Of a stretch of DNA of 64,000 nucleotides, positions 48,484-58,807 are shown in pieces (positions within the stretch are counted from its first letter, which is position 1; the number at the start of each line of letters is the position of its first letter). The translations under genes and the position numbers were made by a program. This stretch comes from Isurus oxyrinchus. Taxonomy: Eukaryota. The notes below the pieces were generated by a model. It was not told where the DNA came from, searched no databases, and saw nothing but the letters and a program-made list of their open reading frames with translations. The stretch covers positions 124,001 through 188,000 of the forward strand of contig JANJGN010000385.1 of the NCBI GenBank assembly GCA_026770705.1. Reading direction: 5' to 3'.

Positions 48484-50960
48484 CTGTCGCTGATTACTAG
48501 GTACATGTTAATGAGGTTACAGTGATAGGGAGGTTTGTAGGGGCTGGAAGAGGTTACAAAGAAAGGGAGGGTTGTAGGGGCTGGAGGAGGTTATAGTGAT
48601 AGGGAGGGTTGTAGGGGCTGGTGGAGGTTAGAGAGATAGGGAGGGTTGTAGGGGCTGGAGGAGGTTACAGAGATAGGAGGGATGTAGGGGCTGGAGGAGG
48701 TTACAGAGATAGGGAGGAGTGTAGAGGCTGGAGGAGGTTACAGAGATAGGGAGAGTTGTAGGGGCTGGAGGAGGTTACAGAGATAGGGAGGGGTGTAGGG
48801 GCTGTAGGAAGTTACAGAGATAGGGAGGGTTGTGCGGGCTGGAGGAGGTTACAGAGATAGGGAGGGGGTGTAGGGGCTGGAGGAGCTTACAGAGATAGGG
48901 ACGGTTGTAGGGGTTGGAGGAGGTTACAGAGAATGGGAGGGTTGTAGGGACTGGAGGAGGTTACAGAGAATGGGAGGGTTGTAGGGACTGGAGGAGGTTA
49001 CAGAGATAGGGAGGGTTGTAGGCACTGGAGGAGGTTACAGAGATAGGGAGGGTTGTAGGGGCTGGAGGAGGTTACAGAGAATGGGAGGGTTGTAGGGACT
49101 GGAGGAGGTTACAGAGATAGGGAGTGTTGTAGGGGCTGGAGGAGGTTACAGAGATAGGGAGAGTTGTAGGGGCTGGAGGAGGTTACAGAGATAGGGAGGG
49201 TTGTGCGGGCTGGAGGAGGTTACAGAGATAGGGAGGGTTGTAGGGGCTGGAGGAGGTTACAGAGAATGGGAGGGTTGTAGGGACTGGAGGAGGTTACAGA
49301 GATAGGGAGGGGTGTAGGGACTGGAGGAGGTTACAGAGATAGGGAGGGGTGTAGGGGCTGGAGGAGGTTACAGAGATAGGGAGGGGTGTAGGGGCTGGAG
49401 GAGGTTACAGAGATAGGGAGGGTTGTAGGGACTGGAGGAGGTTACAGAGATAGGGAGGGGTGTAGGGACTGGAGGAGGTTACAGAGATAGGGAGGGGTGT
49501 AGGGACTGGAGGAGGTTACAGAGATAGGGAGGGGTGTAGGGGCTGGAGGAGGTTACAGAGATAGGGAGGGGTGTAGGGGCTGGAGGAGGTTACAGAGATA
49601 GGGAGGGTTGTAGGGACTGGAGGAGGTTACAGAGAATGGGAGGGTTGTAGGGACTGGAGGAGGTTACAGAGATAGGGAACGCTGTAGGGACTGGAGGAGG
49701 TTACAGAGAATGGGAGGGTTGTAGGGACTGGAGGAGGTTACAGAGATAGGGAGGGGTGTAGGGACTGGAGGAGGTTACAGAGAATGGGAGGGTTGTAGGG
49801 ACTGGAGGAGGTTACAGAGATAGGGAACGCTGTAGGGGCTGGAGGAAATTTAAAATCAATATGCTGCTAACCAGGAGCCAATGCTGGTCAGTGAGCACCA
49901 GAGATGATAGGTGAGTGGGACTCAGTGCGAGTTAAGGCACGGGCAGCAGAGGTTCGGATGACCTCAAGTTTATGGAGGGTCAGGGCTAAGGGATTGCTGC
50001 ACTGTTGGAGGGTCAGTACTGAGTGAGAGCTGCACTGTCAGTGGGTCAGTTCCGAGGGAGTGCTGCACTGTCAGAGGGTCGGTGCTAAGGAAGTGCTGCA
50101 CTGTTGGAGGGTCAGGGCTAAGGGAGTGCTGCACTGTTGGAGGGTCAGTTCCGAGGGAGTGCTGCACTGTCAGAGGGTCAGTTCCGAGGGAGTGCTGCAC
50201 TGTCGGAGGGTCAGGGCTAAGGGAGTGCTGCACTGTTGGAGGGTCAGTTCCGAGGGAGTGCTGCACTGTCAGAGGGTCAGTTCCGAGGGAGTGCTGCACT
50301 GTCGGAGGGTCAGTTCCGAGGGAGTGCTGCACTGTCAGAGGGTTGGTGCTAAGGAAGTGCTGCACTGTTGGAGGGTCAGTACTGAGGGAGTGCTGCACTG
50401 TCGGAGGGTCAGTACTGAGGGAGTGCGAGACTGACAGAGGGTCAGTAATGAGGGACTGTGAGACTGACAGAGGGTCAGTAATGAGGGAGTGTGAGACTGA
50501 CAGAGGGTCACTATTGAGGATGTGCTGCACAGTCGGGGGGGTCAGTACTGAGGGAGCACTGCACTGCCATAGGTGGTTTCCTTCAGATGACATGAGAGAG
50601 AGGGTTAAACCTATTGAGACACGACCGACACTAACGAGGCTGCACAATAATTTAACCCTATCAGTGCCAGTAAATGATGTGAGGATGTCTTCTGTTTCCA
50701 TTTCTCTGTAGGGTAAACAGAACGTGCTGATTACTGAGCCCCGGAACACAACCAGAGACACAACTAGTGAGGGGGAGACCCCAGCTCCCCGGGGTCTCTC
50801 TGAAGGTGCATTGGGAGGCGATGCTGGACATGGAATCCCTAACAATCCCGACGAGCTTCTCTACGCCAATACCCAAGTCTTCAGGGTGCCCAGTGGTGAT
50901 GGGTCTGTCCACAGGGAAGAGGAGACGGAATACGCACAGATCAGCTTCAAGCGAAACTGA
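38102..50960 (+). CDS. Gene C: complete Siglec/MAG-like type I receptor (leader, V-set, 3 C2-set, TM, ITIM-like + ITSM tail), 8 coding exons, 569 aa
   Basis: Join 38102-38141, 39003-39371, 40230-40526, 42689-42970, 45000-45293, 46688-46784, 47482-47563, 50712-50960 = 1710 nt, open frame. All introns are GT-AG and phases are compatible (1,1,1,1,1,2,0). The N gap at 42011-42274 could hide an extra exon. Confidence 0.88.
38565..38685. promoter_or_regulatory. Putative haematopoietic intronic enhancer of gene C
   Basis: RUNX sites at 38570, 38579, 38652; E-box CAGCTG 38589; ETS CACTTCCTG 38626 and AGGAAGT 38662. Confidence 0.5.
39003..39371 (+). CDS. Gene C Siglec-type V-set exon
   Basis: ELSQEWKGDTPREVTAQEGSCVQIPCHYSYP...DGDCSLIINNITREDAGPYFFRIE. 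Shows the Siglec Cys pattern (B-E strand pair plus interdomain Cys) and the F-strand Arg in YFFR. ccccag| acceptor and |gtaagt donor. Confidence 0.93.
39843..39880 (+). ncRNA. Minimal type I hammerhead ribozyme (Penelope-type), intron of gene C
   Basis: GGT-CTGATGA-A-GAGTC-atacg-GACTC-GAAAC-GTTA-ACC: both core boxes, 5-bp stem II, 3-bp stem I, palindromic minimal stem III. Confidence 0.7.
40230..40526 (+). CDS. Gene C C2-set domain 2 exon
   Basis: DFTDKPTILPAEIIAGKRVDVSCTFNTTCNGTAAPVLTW...LCCRVRYPSVSSERTLVLTVQ; 297 nt, AG/GT, phase 1-1. Confidence 0.92.
40900..41660. mobile_element. CR1 3' tail (-) abutting Gypsy integrase C-terminal fragment (+)
   Basis: CR1 tail 40900-41338; PLKARFSG..VNYLIDTPD..INMLKRY at ~41500-41645. 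Confidence 0.7.
41872..42010. repeat. (CA)n microsatellite running into assembly gap
   Basis: Direct. Confidence 0.95.
42011..42274. other. Assembly gap (N)
   Basis: 264 N. Confidence 1.
42689..42970 (+). CDS. Gene C Ig domain 3 exon
   Basis: DGPQNLSITS...IICSVESFPASNLTW...DTGDYQCVAENEHG; 282 nt, AG/GT. Confidence 0.92.
43010..43298 (-). mobile_element. RTE-clade LINE 3' fragment
   Basis: MLRISWMDRKTNE..LTTIEGE..KR..W pattern of the RTE RT C-terminus. Confidence 0.7.
43299..44350 (-). mobile_element. Penelope-like element fragment (GIY-YIG endonuclease) with degenerate hammerhead
   Basis: NLIYCIHCSQCGLLYMGQTKHRLGDR..EH..LEEQHLIF..LN; hammerhead-like motif at ~43330-43362 with GAAA>CAAA. 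Confidence 0.88.
44350..44930 (-). mobile_element. L2-like LINE fragment with internal 37-bp expansion
   Basis: ELHWLPVRQ..FKI L2-type motif; 37-bp units at ~44500-44690. Confidence 0.7.
45000..45293 (+). CDS. Gene C membrane-proximal Ig domain 4 exon (MAG domain 5-like)
   Basis: KPEISQQSECTRRSEGVTCVCVATSNPAGDLTWHLPSANISG...SCSVQNPH. The C..CxC..SNP pattern is typical of the MAG/Siglec juxtamembrane domain. 294 nt, AG/GT. Confidence 0.88.
45640..46160. repeat. AT-rich ~38-bp minisatellite
   Basis: tatataaatgttacatagattacattgataaa units. Confidence 0.88.
46688..46784 (+). CDS. Gene C transmembrane exon
   Basis: tttacag| GRDSSKWTVGLFTAGIMLSVFLFEMFIFICVRK |gtaagt; 97 nt, phase 1-2. Confidence 0.88.
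46920..47345 (-). mobile_element. LINE 3' fragment (same family as 4505-5512)
   Basis: LRQHLPNPRPLPSRRTRAA..WNSL..HHLLKG. Confidence 0.8.
47482..47563 (+). CDS. Gene C cytoplasmic exon 1
   Basis: ttgcag| RKTAMEERVSGTSDIALTPSPLSVKRQ |gtacag. Phase 2-0 bridges the TM and last exon exactly. Confidence 0.72.
47699..48425. mobile_element. Solo-LTR-like element
   Basis: TGTTATGA...TCATGACA inverted termini; homologous to 54991-55820. Confidence 0.65.
48510..49850. repeat. G-rich 37-bp minisatellite (GGGAGGGTTGTAGGGGCTGGAGGAGGTTACAGAGATA), ~36 copies
   Basis: Direct periodicity. Confidence 0.96.
49970..50570. repeat. 33-bp minisatellite
   Basis: Same unit family. Confidence 0.92.
50712..50960 (+). 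CDS. Gene C terminal cytoplasmic exon with LLYANT and TEYAQI motifs
   Basis: ctctgtag| GKQNVLITEP...DELLYANTQVF...EETEYAQISFKRN*; typical Siglec two-tyrosine tail. Confidence 0.88.
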   Translation, partial: GKQNVLITEPRNTTRDTTSEGETPAPRGLSEGALGGDAGHGIPNNPDELLYANTQVFRVPSGDGSVHREEETEYAQISFKRN

Positions 50961-51147
50961 GTGTGAAATGGGGAGAGGGGGTGAGGAGGTTTGTGGGTGG
51001 GGGCCGGGATTATGATTCCTTGGAACATGAGACAACCCACTGGGGGAGAGGGGGAGAGAGGGAGGAAGGGACTGAATGGGTCTGCGGTTGGTGTGGTTTG
51101 GAATGTAATGTTTCCCCAGTGACGACTTGATGCTGCGACATTGCGGA

Positions 51148-51332
51148 NNNNNNNNNNNNNNNNNNNNNNNNNNNNNNNNNNNNNNNNNNNNNNNNNNNNN
51201 NNNNNNNNNNNNNNNNNNNNNNNNNNNNNNNNNNNNNNNNNNNNNNNNNNNNNNNNNNNNNNNNNNNNNNNNNNNNNNNNNNNNNNNNNNNNNNNNNNNN
51301 NNNNNNNNNNNNNNNNNNNNNNNNNNNNNNNN
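51148..51332. other. Assembly gap (N)
   Basis: 185 N, in the gene C 3' UTR region. Confidence 1.
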
Positions 51333-52594
51333 TTAACTGCCTTGGTTAACTGTGCTTTTGGTCATCTGTCCCTAATATCTCATTATGTGTCTCAGAGATG
51401 GATTTATATGTGTTTAACAATCCCCTGAAGAGCTCTGGGACAGTTTGCCTCATTAAGTGTGCTATACAAATGCAAGTTGTTGGAGTATCTTGGACCTGCC
51501 TCGATTCAGAATGGAACCATGGATACTCCTTTGACAGGGCGTGTGTGCAACAGGCTCGCAATAAATGCATTGCACGGCAACAACTAAGCATGTCCTTTGA
51601 TGCTGATGCATCCCAGTCCTGCTGTGTGGACACATCACAACCGAGGGACTGCCTGACTGCGTGCAGCCAACATGGTTGAATAGTAATTAGCAGAAATGTG
51701 ATGTCACTGAACCTTGTTAACATTTTAGAATGTGCTTTCTGAGTTCTGCAACTAGTTTATTCTGTGATAGATTACAAGAAGCCTTTGCATTTTCTATAAT
51801 ATTACATTTATTGTCACAAGGGATTTAAATGCCCAGAAAACTCTGTACAGATATATTTTTATTAAATATCCTACTCTGGGACAACCTCCCTTCTCCAATC
51901 TGTTAATTCATGTCATTGCATTTCCCCACCAAATTATGTAAATTCCTGTGTCCACATTTATCATGAAAATTTCCCATGTAAACATGTCACACTGTACTTA
52001 CACTCTCCTGCCAGTGGTAGTGCTGTAAACACACCAAATTCTTTCTCAGAGACTGCAGCACATCTCCCAGTTGTCTTTACAATATTATTAAGATACAGGG
52101 AATGGGGACAATCTTCACACTGTGGTTACGATGCTGTTAAGACAGAGAGCTGGTGAAACATCCCCCCTTCCACAGAGTTGAGGGTAGGGTCAGTTCTGGC
52201 TGTGAGACCCCCACACTCATCCCACGCCCCCTGTTCATTTCTCCATCCCCGCTCTAACTTAGCGCTTTTACACATGAAGGTCGGGGCCCACAGGAAAGTG
52301 TGGAAGGGCTGCCCATCGCAGCTGGAACAAGGATCCTGGCGGGTCTCCCAGGATAGAATGGCGGAGTGGGGGAGGGGGAGCAGTGGGGTCAATATCCACA
52401 CCCTCCCCAACACCCCCATCACTGTCACTACCAAGAGGGAACATCAGTCTCGAGACAGAGGCCAGAGTGTGACCAACTGAGACAAACTGAGACTGAAACC
52501 AGCATCAACCAGTGTCCCAGCAAATAAGGTCAGAGTAGGGGAAATGGGGAAAAGACAGAAAGGTTCTTAATCTGAATGCATGCAAGAGAGAATC

Positions 52595-53320
52595 TAACCA
52601 TTTCTCCTTGATATTCAATGGCAGCACCATCACTGAATCCCCGAATATCAACATCCTGGGGGTTACCATAGGCCAGAGAGTGAACTGGACCTGCCACATA
52701 AATGCTATGACAGTTAGAGCAGCTCAGAGGCTGGGAATCCTGTGGTGAGTAACTCACCTCCTGACTCCTCAAATCCTGTCCATCATCGACATAGCACAAG
52801 GCAGGAGTGTGAATGGAATACTCTCCACTTGCCTGGATGAGTGCAGCTCCAACAACACTCAAGAAGCCCGACAGCACCCTGGACAAAGCAGCCCCACATG
52901 ATTGGCTCCCCCTCAATCACAGCAACACTCACTCCCTCCATCGTCAATGCACAGTGGCAGCAGTGTGTCCCATCTACAACATGCACTTCAGCAACTCAGC
53001 AAGGTTCCTTCAACAGCACCTTCCAAACCCACGACCTCTACCATCGAGAAGGACAAGGGCAGCAGGCATAGGGGAACACCACCACCTGGAAGTTCCCCTC
53101 CAAGACACACCTCATCCTGATTTTGAAATATATCGCCGTCCCTTCACTGCCACTTGGTCAAAATCTTGGACTTCCTTCTCTAACTGCATTGTGGGTGTAC
53201 CTACACCACATGGACTGCAGAGGTTCAGGAAGGCAGCTCACCACCACCTTCTCAAGGTAATTAGGGATGGGCCATAAATGCTGGCCTAGCCAGTGATGCC
53301 CACTTCCCATGGAAGAATGA
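52595..53320 (+). mobile_element. LINE 3' fragment
   Basis: MEYSPLAWMSAAPTTLKK..HSLHRQCTVAA. Confidence 0.85.
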
Positions 53321-53324
53321 ATAT

Positions 53325-56120
53325 ATAAAACATTAATTTGGAACAAAATGAATGAAGCTATAGCACAAATAGAGATTAATGGGTACGATAAGATGGACAC
53401 TGCAGAGAGTTGGTTGCAAGGTGACCAAGGTTGGAAATTGAAAATTGAAGGATATTTGGAATCTTTGAAAGGATAGGAAAAATGAAAAGGAGGTGGGATA
53501 GCTCTCTTAATAAAAGATGAGACCTGTAAAGTAGTGAGAAATGATCTTGGCTCAGATGTCAAGATGCACAGTCAGTTTGGGTGAATATAAGAAATTACAA
53601 GGGAAAGAAATCTCTGATGGGTTGGTTTACACTCCCCCCTGATAGTAGTTACACTGCAGGGACAGATTATAAATAAATACATGCGGAGGTTTGTGTGAAA
53701 GGCACCACAATAATCATGGGAGTTTTCAATCGTCATACAGATTAGACAACTCAAATTAGCAAATGTAGCTTTCAGCAATTGTATTCAGGACAGTATTTTA
53801 GAACAATGCAATGTGGAACCAACCAGGGAAGAGGCTGTTTTAGTCCTGGCAATGTTTAATGAGACAAGACTAATTAACATCTCATTGTAAAGGACCCTCA
53901 AGGGAAGAGTAATCATACGGTGTTGAAATTTAATATTCAAATTAGAAACTTGGTTCTGAAACTAGTGTCATAAACTTATCTAGAGACAATTACAAGGGTT
54001 AAAAGCAGAGTCGGCCCAAGTGGAGTGGGACAGCAGGTTAAAGGGGGGATTGGGGTAGATGAGGAGTAACAGGCATCTAAAGAGATCTTTCATAAATTCC
54101 AATGAAGATATTTTCCAGTAAGAAAGAAAGAATCTATAAGGAGGATGGAGCATCGGCGGCTAACTCAGGAAGCTAAGGACGGTATCCAATTGTGAGATAA
54201 AGCCGGCAATGTTGGGATGCTTAGTGATAGGCTGGAGATTGGGAATATTTGAGAAACCAGAAAAGTGAGGGGAGAAATATAAGGAGGCAGAAATGATGAT
54301 ATGAGAGTAAACTAGCAAGAACCATAAACAATGACAGTGAGATGTTGTACATTAAAATAAGAGAGAAGCTACAGTAATAATGGGACACATAGAAAATCAG
54401 ACTGGGGAATTAATAATGGGAAACAGGAAACGACAGAGACTTTCAACAAGAATTTTGTGTCTGTCTTCACAGTAAAAATCTCTAAAACCATCCCAATAGC
54501 AGGAGAAAGTCACGGTGCAACAAGGAGGGAGGAACATAAAACAATCACTATCACCAGAGAAAAAGTATTAAGAAAACTAATGAGACAGATGCTGACAAGT
54601 CCCATGGAGCAGACGGCCTGAATGTGAGGGTCTGAAAGGAAATGGCTGCAGAGACGGTGGATGCATTGGTTGTAATCTTCCAGAATTCCTTAGATTATGG
54701 GAAGGTCCCAGCGGATTGGAAAAACATAAATGAAACACATCTGTTCAATAAAGGGAGGAGGCAGAAAGCAAGAAACCACAGGTCAGATAGTCTAATATCT
54801 GTCATTGGGAAAATACCAGAATTCATTATGAAGGAGGGAGCAGCAGGACATTTAGAAAACCATAATTCAATCAGACAGAGTCAACATGGGTTTGTGAAAG
54901 GGATATCATGTTTGAAAAAATAATTAGATTTCCTCGAGGATGTAACAAGTGGATTGGATAAAGGGGAACCTGTAGATGTGGTGTATTAGGGACTATGACA
55001 CAGCCAAGGGTAAAGGCTGAGTTGTTCAAATCCCAGAGGGAAATTTGAAACAACTGTCATAACCCAATTTTGCTGTTTGTAATTTCGAGATGAAGACTTT
55101 GAATTCAGTAGGAATAAGACCACCGATGATTGTGGGTTTTTTATATAAAACTAAATAAACCATTTATTAATTTAACAACAAATTTAACATATACACATTG
55201 GCTACAAATAACTATTATAAAAACTTTTTAACAAATCCCCCAATTAATCAACCTCACGTAAATCTCTACTAAGGCAACAATGAACCATTGACATAATACA
55301 GACACCAGGCAAAGCACATTTGACATTACGAATTCTGAATGAGGTTCCTTTGCAAGTTGGTTGGAGGCTACAGGCTGGTTAGGTCTGAAATGCTCCTGCC
55401 TCACACACACAAACTCCTTCCTTTATATAGCTAGCTTTCCCTTTGAATGTAAATTTTCCATTGTATCACTCGGTCTTCTGAACTCCAGCTCTTCGAACAA
55501 TAAAACCCCCTTTCATAGCACCAATTTCATTAGTAAGTTCAAGAAAAAACACATCTTTTGGATCCGTCTAACTAGGTGCAAGATTTTACCCCCAGTCTGG
55601 AATGGTTTATTCAACAATTGCAAATGAACACTTTACTGTTCTCCTCACAATTCACCCAATTAACATCTCAAAACTACTAAACATCAAAGCAGACAAACCC
55701 ACTGGCTTTATTCCAATTAAGACACACCCAGACACACACCTATACATGGACCACCACTAGAATTCTATTTTAAATAATAATTTCCAAGCACATTTTACAC
55801 ACAAATATCTCTTCATGACATTGGATTTCCAAAAGGCTTTTGATAAGGCCCCACATCAAAGGATACTGCACAGGGTGAAATTGGATGGTGTTGGGGGGGA
55901 TATATTAATATGGATAGAGGACTGGCTAACTGACAGGAAACAGAGAGCCAGGATAAATGGGTGATTTTCAGCTTGGTAAACTGTAACAAGTGGAGAGCCA
56001 CAGGGATCAGTGCTGAGGCCTCAACTATTCACAAACTACATTAGTGACTTGGATGAAGGGACTGACTGTACTGTAGGCAGATTTTCTGACTGTGTGGTGA
56101 AGATAGGTAGGAAATATATA
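53325..56120 (+). mobile_element. CR1 ORF2 degenerate, interrupted by a solo-LTR-like insert at 54991-55820
   Basis: LVVIFQNSLDYGKVPADWK..SQHGFVKG; the VY|LDFQKAFDK motif is split by the insert. Confidence 0.88.
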
Positions 56121-57001
56121 AAACAAAAACAGAATTACCTGGAAAAACTCAGCAGGTCTGGCAGCATCAGCGGAGTAGAAAAGAGTTGAGGTTTCGAGTC
56201 CTCATGACCCTTCAACTGTGAGGAGGACACAAAGGGGCTGCAGAGGGAGATAAATAGTTTCAGTGAGGGGACAAAAAAATGAGTGGTTGGAATGTAAGGA
56301 ATGAAAACGTCAGATTGTCCAGCTGATCCTACTTGTTCTGTTCTTATATTCTTATACAGACACAGGGTTTACTGACAGTGCACAGCAAAGTGCTGTTCTC
56401 TCACTTTGTTCCAACTTCCTCATTTTGTCTCACAGTGACACATCAACCCTTTCTCATTAAATACACAGAGGGAGCAGCACAGGAAGAGGTCATTCAGCCC
56501 AAGCAGAGCGTGTGGGCAGTTCCTCCCCAGGCGAGCAGTCGGACAGGTCCTGGGTAAGTAACGGAACGATTGGAATTCACTTCCACCACCAACACCGTCC
56601 TTTGTTGATGTTGACTTTATAAAGACAGATTCCAATGATTGATGCCTTTGAAAGATTTCTACTGATTATTGAGATCTGGGTGTGAGGCTCAAGTCTGTTG
56701 TACTGCACATCTTTCTAGCTCAAGGGATGAGGGAAGTGGAGTGACATGAGATTTTGGATGCTCTGAGGTGGTGAAAGGTGCTATACAAATGCAAATCCTT
56801 CATTGTTTTTCTTCCTTAAAGCCTTGTAACTCTCTGCAGAGCACCTATCATCCCACCGTGAATCAAATTAGTCAGTGAATACATTGTCTAAAAGGAGTTC
56901 TGATCTTTCAAGAGCTGTCGGACAAGAGGTGAGGACTCATTAACTCCTTTCTCTTTCAGATTTTGAGAGTGAGAAGTGAATGGAATATCTGGGAGTGGAC
57001 A

Positions 57002-57041
57002 ATGATCGGGAAATCTTACTTCCTCCTGTCACTTCTCCAAG
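57002..57041 (+). CDS. Leader exon D1 coding part
   Basis: MIGKSYFLLSLLQ, exon 56960-57041, AG/GT intact. Confidence 0.65.
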
Positions 57042-58767
57042 GTAATATCATCGTCAGCTTGGACAGATTTATGGTAAAGTGTCTTTGTAAAGATCATTCT
57101 TATTGAGCTGTGATTGGGAACTGATTCAGCAGTGAGCCAGTGTACAAACTCATACCAAGTCCCATTCACCCATCACCCCTGTGCTCACTGATATACACTG
57201 ACTCCCTGTCTGAAAGCAGAATTGGAGGAGAATAGAGATCTCAGAGGGTTGTAGGGGCGGGAGGAGGTTACAGGGTTAGGCAGGATTGTAGCAGCTAGAG
57301 CAGAATCTTAAACTTCAGGTGATGTCGGCTATTGGTCAGTGATAGATGGGGAGTGATGGGTTGAGCAGAAAATCAGGGAAAAAAACTGGGGGATGAAATC
57401 TATCCAGGTGCTAGGATTCTGAAAGCAAAAACCAGAAATTTGAGTCTTTTGCTGATTTTAGACAGATTTTCCCATGAAGACAACACAGCAGCTCCTAGAA
57501 TAGACAGGCTGTTCAGTGTCACACTTCCTGTCCAGTCTCACCATGCTAGATACTTCAATAAGGGAGCAAGATAACTGAAAGAGAGAAGGAAGGTAAAGCT
57601 GTCTGTGTGTAAAACTGTCAAATATTCTGAGTTATCATGATTGTCTCTGATCTGCTGCAGAGTTTAAATTTCACAGAATCTGAGCACTTTGCAGCTCAGA
57701 GAGAGACCATTGACTCACTGCCTGAAAGGGCGGTGGAAGCAGATTCAACAGGAACTTTCAGAAGGGGAACTGGATAAATACTTGAAGGGGACATTTTGCA
57801 GGGCTGTGGAGGAGAGAGCAGAGCTGAGCGTGGGACTAATTGGACAGATCTTTCAAAGCCTCAACTATTCACAATCTACATTAGTGACTTGGATGAAGGG
57901 ACTGACTGTACTGTAGGCAGATTTTCTGACTGTGTGGTGAAGATAGGTAGGAAATATATAAGCTGTGCAGGAAAGCAAGTTGTGAGGAGGACACAAAGAG
58001 GCTGCAGAGGGAGATTAATAGTTTCAGTGAGTGGATAAAAAAATGAGTGGTTGGCATAGAAGGAATGAAAATGTCAGGGTGTCCAGCTGATCCTACTTGT
58101 TCTGTTCTTATATTCTTATACAGACACAGGGTTTACTGACAGTGCACAGCAAAGTGCGGTTCACTCACTTTGTTCCAACTTCCTCATTTTGTCTCACAGT
58201 GACACATCAGCTCTTTCTAATTAAATACACAGAGGGAGCAGCACAGGAAGAGGTCATTCAGCCCAAGCAGAGCGTGTGGGCAGTTCCTCCCCAGGCGAGC
58301 AGTCGGACAGGTCCTGGGTAAGTAACGGAACGATTGGAATTCACTTCCACCACCAACACTGTCCTTTGTTGATGTTGTGACTTTATAAAGACAGATTCCA
58401 ATGATTGATGCCTTTGAAAGATTTCTACTGATTATTGAGATCTGGGTGTGAGGCTCAATTCTGTTGTACAGAACATCTTTCTAGCTCAGGGGATGAGGGA
58501 AGTGGAGTGACATGAGCTTTTGGATGCTCTGAGGTGGTGAAAGGTGCTATACAAATGCAAATCCTTCATTGTTTTTCTTCCTTAAAGCCTTGTAACTCTC
58601 TGCAGAGCACCTATCATCCCACCGTGAATCAAATTAGTCTGTGAAGACATTGTCTAAAAGGAGTTCTGATCTTTCGAGAGCTGTCGGACAAGAGGTGAGG
58701 TCTATTTAACTCCTTTCTCTTTCAGAGTTTGAGAGTGAGAAGTGAATGGAATATCTGGGAGTGGACA

Positions 58768-58807
58768 ATGATCGGGAAATCTTACTTCCTCCTGTCACTT
58801 CTCCAAG
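58768..58807 (+). CDS. Leader exon D2 coding part
   Basis: MIGKSYFLLSLLQ, exon 58726-58807. Confidence 0.65.

Noticed and set aside
38102-50960. Assigning a specific symbol (MAG, CD22, SIGLEC1, SIGLEC15)
   Set aside because: Domain number and tail fit none exactly; orthology needs a phylogeny
56630-56675. C/D-box-like ATGATTGA...CTGA in intron 1
   Set aside because: Too short, imperfect C box, no recognisable guide or terminal stem
56333-58321. Recurrent ORF ...LIKYTEGAAQEEVIQPKQSVWAVPPQASSRTGPG and QLRERPLTHCLKGRW ORFs
   Set aside because: They lack consistent ATG starts and span promoter/5'UTR or CR1-tail sequence; recurrence is due to duplication
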